From NCBI RefSeq assembly GCF_001194135.2, contig NC_068986.1, forward strand, positions 61,861,399 through 61,925,398: a stretch of DNA of 64,000 bases. The letters are read 5' to 3'. Source of the DNA: Octopus bimaculoides (Eukaryota). The position numbers were made by a program, and so were the translations under genes. Position 1 is the stretch's first letter. Each line of letters starts with the position of its first letter. Shown in pieces: positions 60,063-64,000 of the stretch. A model generated the notes under the pieces. It ran no database searches. It worked only from the letters and a program-made list of their open reading frames with translations, and had not been told where the DNA came from.

Positions 60063-63000
60063 AATTGGACTATTAAATGAATTCTATATTACTGATTGCA
60101 ATGAAGGAAAAAATGGTGTAAACTCCGTAAGCCTTATCACAAGGCCTTCTGTAAATATATTGTCATTCTCCGTTTCAGAGATAACATTAGGCGAGCCTAA
60201 CAGTTGTTTGTAGTTCAGTAGATTAGCAGTAATGTTCATCTACAGACTACATTTTTTAGCCACTGTGGAGCAGCTCACTAATCAAATCATGTTCAGTGCA
60301 CAGTCATCCAGACTACTAATGTCTACTTATCATTAAAGCATTACACAGTTTGAGATTAAATGAACTTACAAGTCATGATTATTATTTTTTCTCTCCCCAA
60401 CTTTAGAAATTATCTTTTTAGAGTTTATTTGAATTTCCTATGTATAAAAAAAAAATAGTGCCCCAGTGGGTTAATGTATAGAGCCCTTTGGGCCCTTATG
60501 TTTGTTAATCAAATTTTTCTAGTAAATGGATCTCAGTGTAAATCTTAAACTAAATGGTCATTCCATGTCTGTTACAGTTAATTTTATCTTTTACTTCCTA
60601 AAGTCACAATTTTATTTTGGTGAGACAGTTGGAAGATATCTGTAATTTGCAGATAGTGTTTTCTACCAGTAAGAGATTTTATTATGTCAGCTTTTAAGGA
60701 TTTAGTATTGATTTTCAGATATTTTTGATTTAGGTAAATTTTATACCTTAAAAAGAAATTTTCATTTCTCTTTTTGAACTGAAAGCACAGTTGTCTCCAT
60801 TTATATACATGTCACACATGCTGTGTGTTTGTATATATTCCTACCTTTCAGTGTCACATTAATTAGAACTTTTGAATGAAGTGTGTCTGGTTTACAAGGG
60901 GTATGTTTTTGGCCATGCATACGTTTTTGATTTTTTTTTTTTTTTTTTTTTTTTTTNNNNNNNNNNTTTTTTTTTTTTTTTTCTTTTCTTTTCGTTATTG
61001 TTCATGTTCTGAAAGTTCACACTCCAGTCATAAATTTTATTCTTTCTTTCTGAGTGAGTGTAAGTGACTAAAATTTTTTTTTTGTTCAATATATGATAGT
61101 CAAAGCATTTTGCATTCTAATGCTTTGTCTGATCTTATTTAGTCTAGGAAGAGTTGATAGTATTTATAAAATAAAATTGTGTGTTAGAAAAGATATCTGA
61201 TTATAAAAAGTGGTTGGTTTTAAATTTCTGCAGACTTAATGAATTATTGTTTTAATATTCTTTTGTACTGAAATATTCTTGGATGGTAGGCTTAATCTGT
61301 CACCCAGTTAATACCACCATCTCACTTTTGGGTGCCTCTAGCAGAGTTCATTTCTGATTCAAGCTAGGTCTACATTCTGGTAATGATTATTACCTCTCAC
61401 CAGTCTCAGAGTCCTTGAAAAGAGCCAGTTCTCTGACAAAGCCATTTAAAAGAAGTAATTGCCTGTGTTTTGGATATTTCTACCCATCTTGTATATACAC
61501 TATAGATAGTGTTGACTTCACTTTGATGGGTGTTAAGCAAGCTCTCAGGCCTTTATATTTGATTACATTTCCAGTGTTTCTTGCAGAACTTTTTCCTTTT
61601 TCTCTCTCTTCTGCCTTTAGGGTTTATACACTTAACAGAACTATCTCTTATTTAGCTGTGCATATATATATGCTACTTGTATCTCAATATGAGTCTCTGA
61701 TTGAAATGCACATATTCATAGTCTGTTATATTAATGATGGAAATAACTGGAGACTGATCATAGTAGCACATTTTTATATTGGTACTTCTATTCCCATCTC
61801 CATATCAGTTACCAAATACTGAATTTTTTGTAATGGATTGGTCTTGGGGAAGGAACCGTGTAACCCAATCCACATCATTTACTATCTATTGTATTCTTCA
61901 CTTTTGTTTTGATACTAATAGATAGTAGTATTTCTTGGATTTTTTGCAGCATAATCAAGAACTGTATTGTTTAGACCCTTCCCTCTCTTGATATGTTTTT
62001 AATCACATAGTCAGTCAAGTAACCTAATGATGTTGACTTTGATAAGAAAGTATCCTGTATGACTTTCTGATTTAGCAGTGCACAGTTGTGGTCTGTTAGG
62101 CCTCTTGCATGCAAAAATAGCATTTTTGACAGAAGATAATGCAAGACTAGCTCTGAAAGCACCTTTGTGTAGTATATTGTATACACCAATAACACAAGTA
62201 ATGGTGCATAAGGAAATAAATGACAGGTAGTTTTGGTAATTCAATATCTTGGTACAATGTACTATTGTGTATAACTAGCTACTGTGGTCTCAGAATATCT
62301 CTTTCATGGTTATCACTTTTGTAGTATCATTAAAACCCAATAACTTAACATATAAGATAAAATGAAGACAAAGGAGGCAGTGACAAAATGAATGTGCTGG
62401 AATTGATTTAAACTAAATTTTCAAATATATTTTCTCAATAAATATTTTAACAGTATATCAAGTATTTTATATAATAATCTTTAAATTTAAGATTTGCAGT
62501 GAGAAATATGGTACAACATAACATGCAACTATATTATTTAAGAATATTTTCAAATGTTTCATTCATATTTTCTTTGAGTTCAGTATCACAATACCATGTT
62601 GATTGTTCTTTGAATACTATTCATGTTGTTCAGTATGATTGGTAGTGTCTATACATAAGCCATTATTCAGAAATTGAACCAAAATGTCTTCAATCAACTC
62701 CTACAGTGCATTTTGAGAATAACTCCAAATATTACCAGATATCAACTTTCAACATCTTTTTCATTAAAAATACTTTGATCTTTACTATGTAACATACTTA
62801 CATTGAAGCATAAATTTCAACAGTGCCCAACTGCTCCAATACCAAGTGGATATAGAGATTCTGCCTCTCAGTTCACAGACTTCAACCTGCTAGAGATAGC
62901 AGCTAAGTCTTCCTCATGTCACATTCTACTATTTTGAAAGACAAAGGGCACATTGGATATTGTAGTCCTGTATATATCTATGAAAAAAAAGAGGTGGCAG

Positions 63001-64000
63001 GGTCATGGCTGAAAATACATTTGACTAACAGGCTAGTTTAATGTTGAACAACATTTACTTTTTCTGAGTAACTTTTGTTTATACCTTTTATTAATGGGAC
63101 AAAAACATTCTCACAGGCTTGTCACTTTTCATTGTATAATGACTTCAGTGTAAAATGTATATATTTGAAGAACAATTAGAGACACTGATACCTGTGGAAA
63201 ATTACTCTTCTGTCAAGTGTTTACCAACAAATATCAAGTTTTCGTTTTCTTATGCATCTTTATGTACCTTGTGAATGGATTACATTTTCATTCTTTTATC
63301 TTTGTGCCATTCAGAGCTATTATAGATTCTTGCTGATTTAATCATGCACAGATATAGACTAATATTTCTTATGCTGATAACCAATTTTTTTATAGCTGTA
63401 CTGCTTTTAGAAGTCTTAATCATCAGTATCCTAACTTCATCATTGTGTCTGGTGTATTGGTCTGTGCTCTCTGTTGGAGGAAGAAAACCTACTTACATCA
63501 AAGATGAGGCTCTAGTTGAATTTGTGGTTCATTTAAATTTGTATTTCTTTTTCCATGCTTCATAGTATTCATTTGTTGCCGTCTTTGAAATTCAAAAGAG
63601 ATATTGCAAAAGTCTAAGCATTCAGAAATATAATTTAACTACTAAAAACTGACAAAGTAGGCAAATTAATGGGTTCTACAGATACTCTTACATTAAGCAG
63701 CATTGTTAGTTGTTGGTGCAAAGACAATTGAAAATCTATTCTTATATTTAATAATAAACTTCAAACCTAATATGTATCTTCTTTTAAGGTACTATCATTT
63801 GATAGTTTTATAGCAGGTGTGTGTGTGTGTGTGGGTACTTTGTTATAATTACATCATTTGGTGACTTGGAAGAGTGTGGCTTTCTAATAGCACTTGCTTC
63901 GGTAGTATGATTTAGAGTTGAGTTACCATTCTTGTCAAACTTGACTATTAAAATTATTGCAAGTATTTGACCAATTTCTAAATTCACTAAAATCATGTAG

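Noticed and set aside
1-64000. CRISPR arrays, rRNA genes, prokaryotic operons or terminators
   Set aside because: The sequence is eukaryotic with spliceosomal introns. No repeat-spacer arrays or rRNA-like sequence were seen.

Overview
AT-rich animal genomic DNA from a gapped short-read assembly (11 N-runs). The repeat families resemble those of coleoid cephalopods such as Octopus; this is inferred from repeat recognition, not proven. Two housekeeping chromatin genes lie head-to-head around a ~550 bp bidirectional promoter. On the minus strand is an RSBN1/RSBN1L-like lysine demethylase (coding exons 41174-40526 and 23183-21746; its remaining 3' exons were not found and probably lie left of the window). 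On the plus strand is a complete SET/TAF-I-beta nucleosome-assembly gene (8 coding exons, 41725-60062, 315 aa), whose first coding intron is a clear U12 minor-spliceosome GT-AG intron. The introns are packed with decayed or nested mobile elements: many RTE LINE pieces, a near-full-length Tx1/L1-like LINE, a Gypsy LTR element, Tigger/pogo, piggyBac copies plus a MITE, Tc1, mariner, Helitron-like repeats and tRNA-derived SINEs. The most unusual object is a 346-bp palindromic insertion (10195-10540) flanked by a 12-bp TSD. It carries two divergent, mutated copies of a minimal type-I hammerhead ribozyme motif and a tRNA-like Pol III head, suggesting a ribozyme-bearing SINE or retrozyme-like family.
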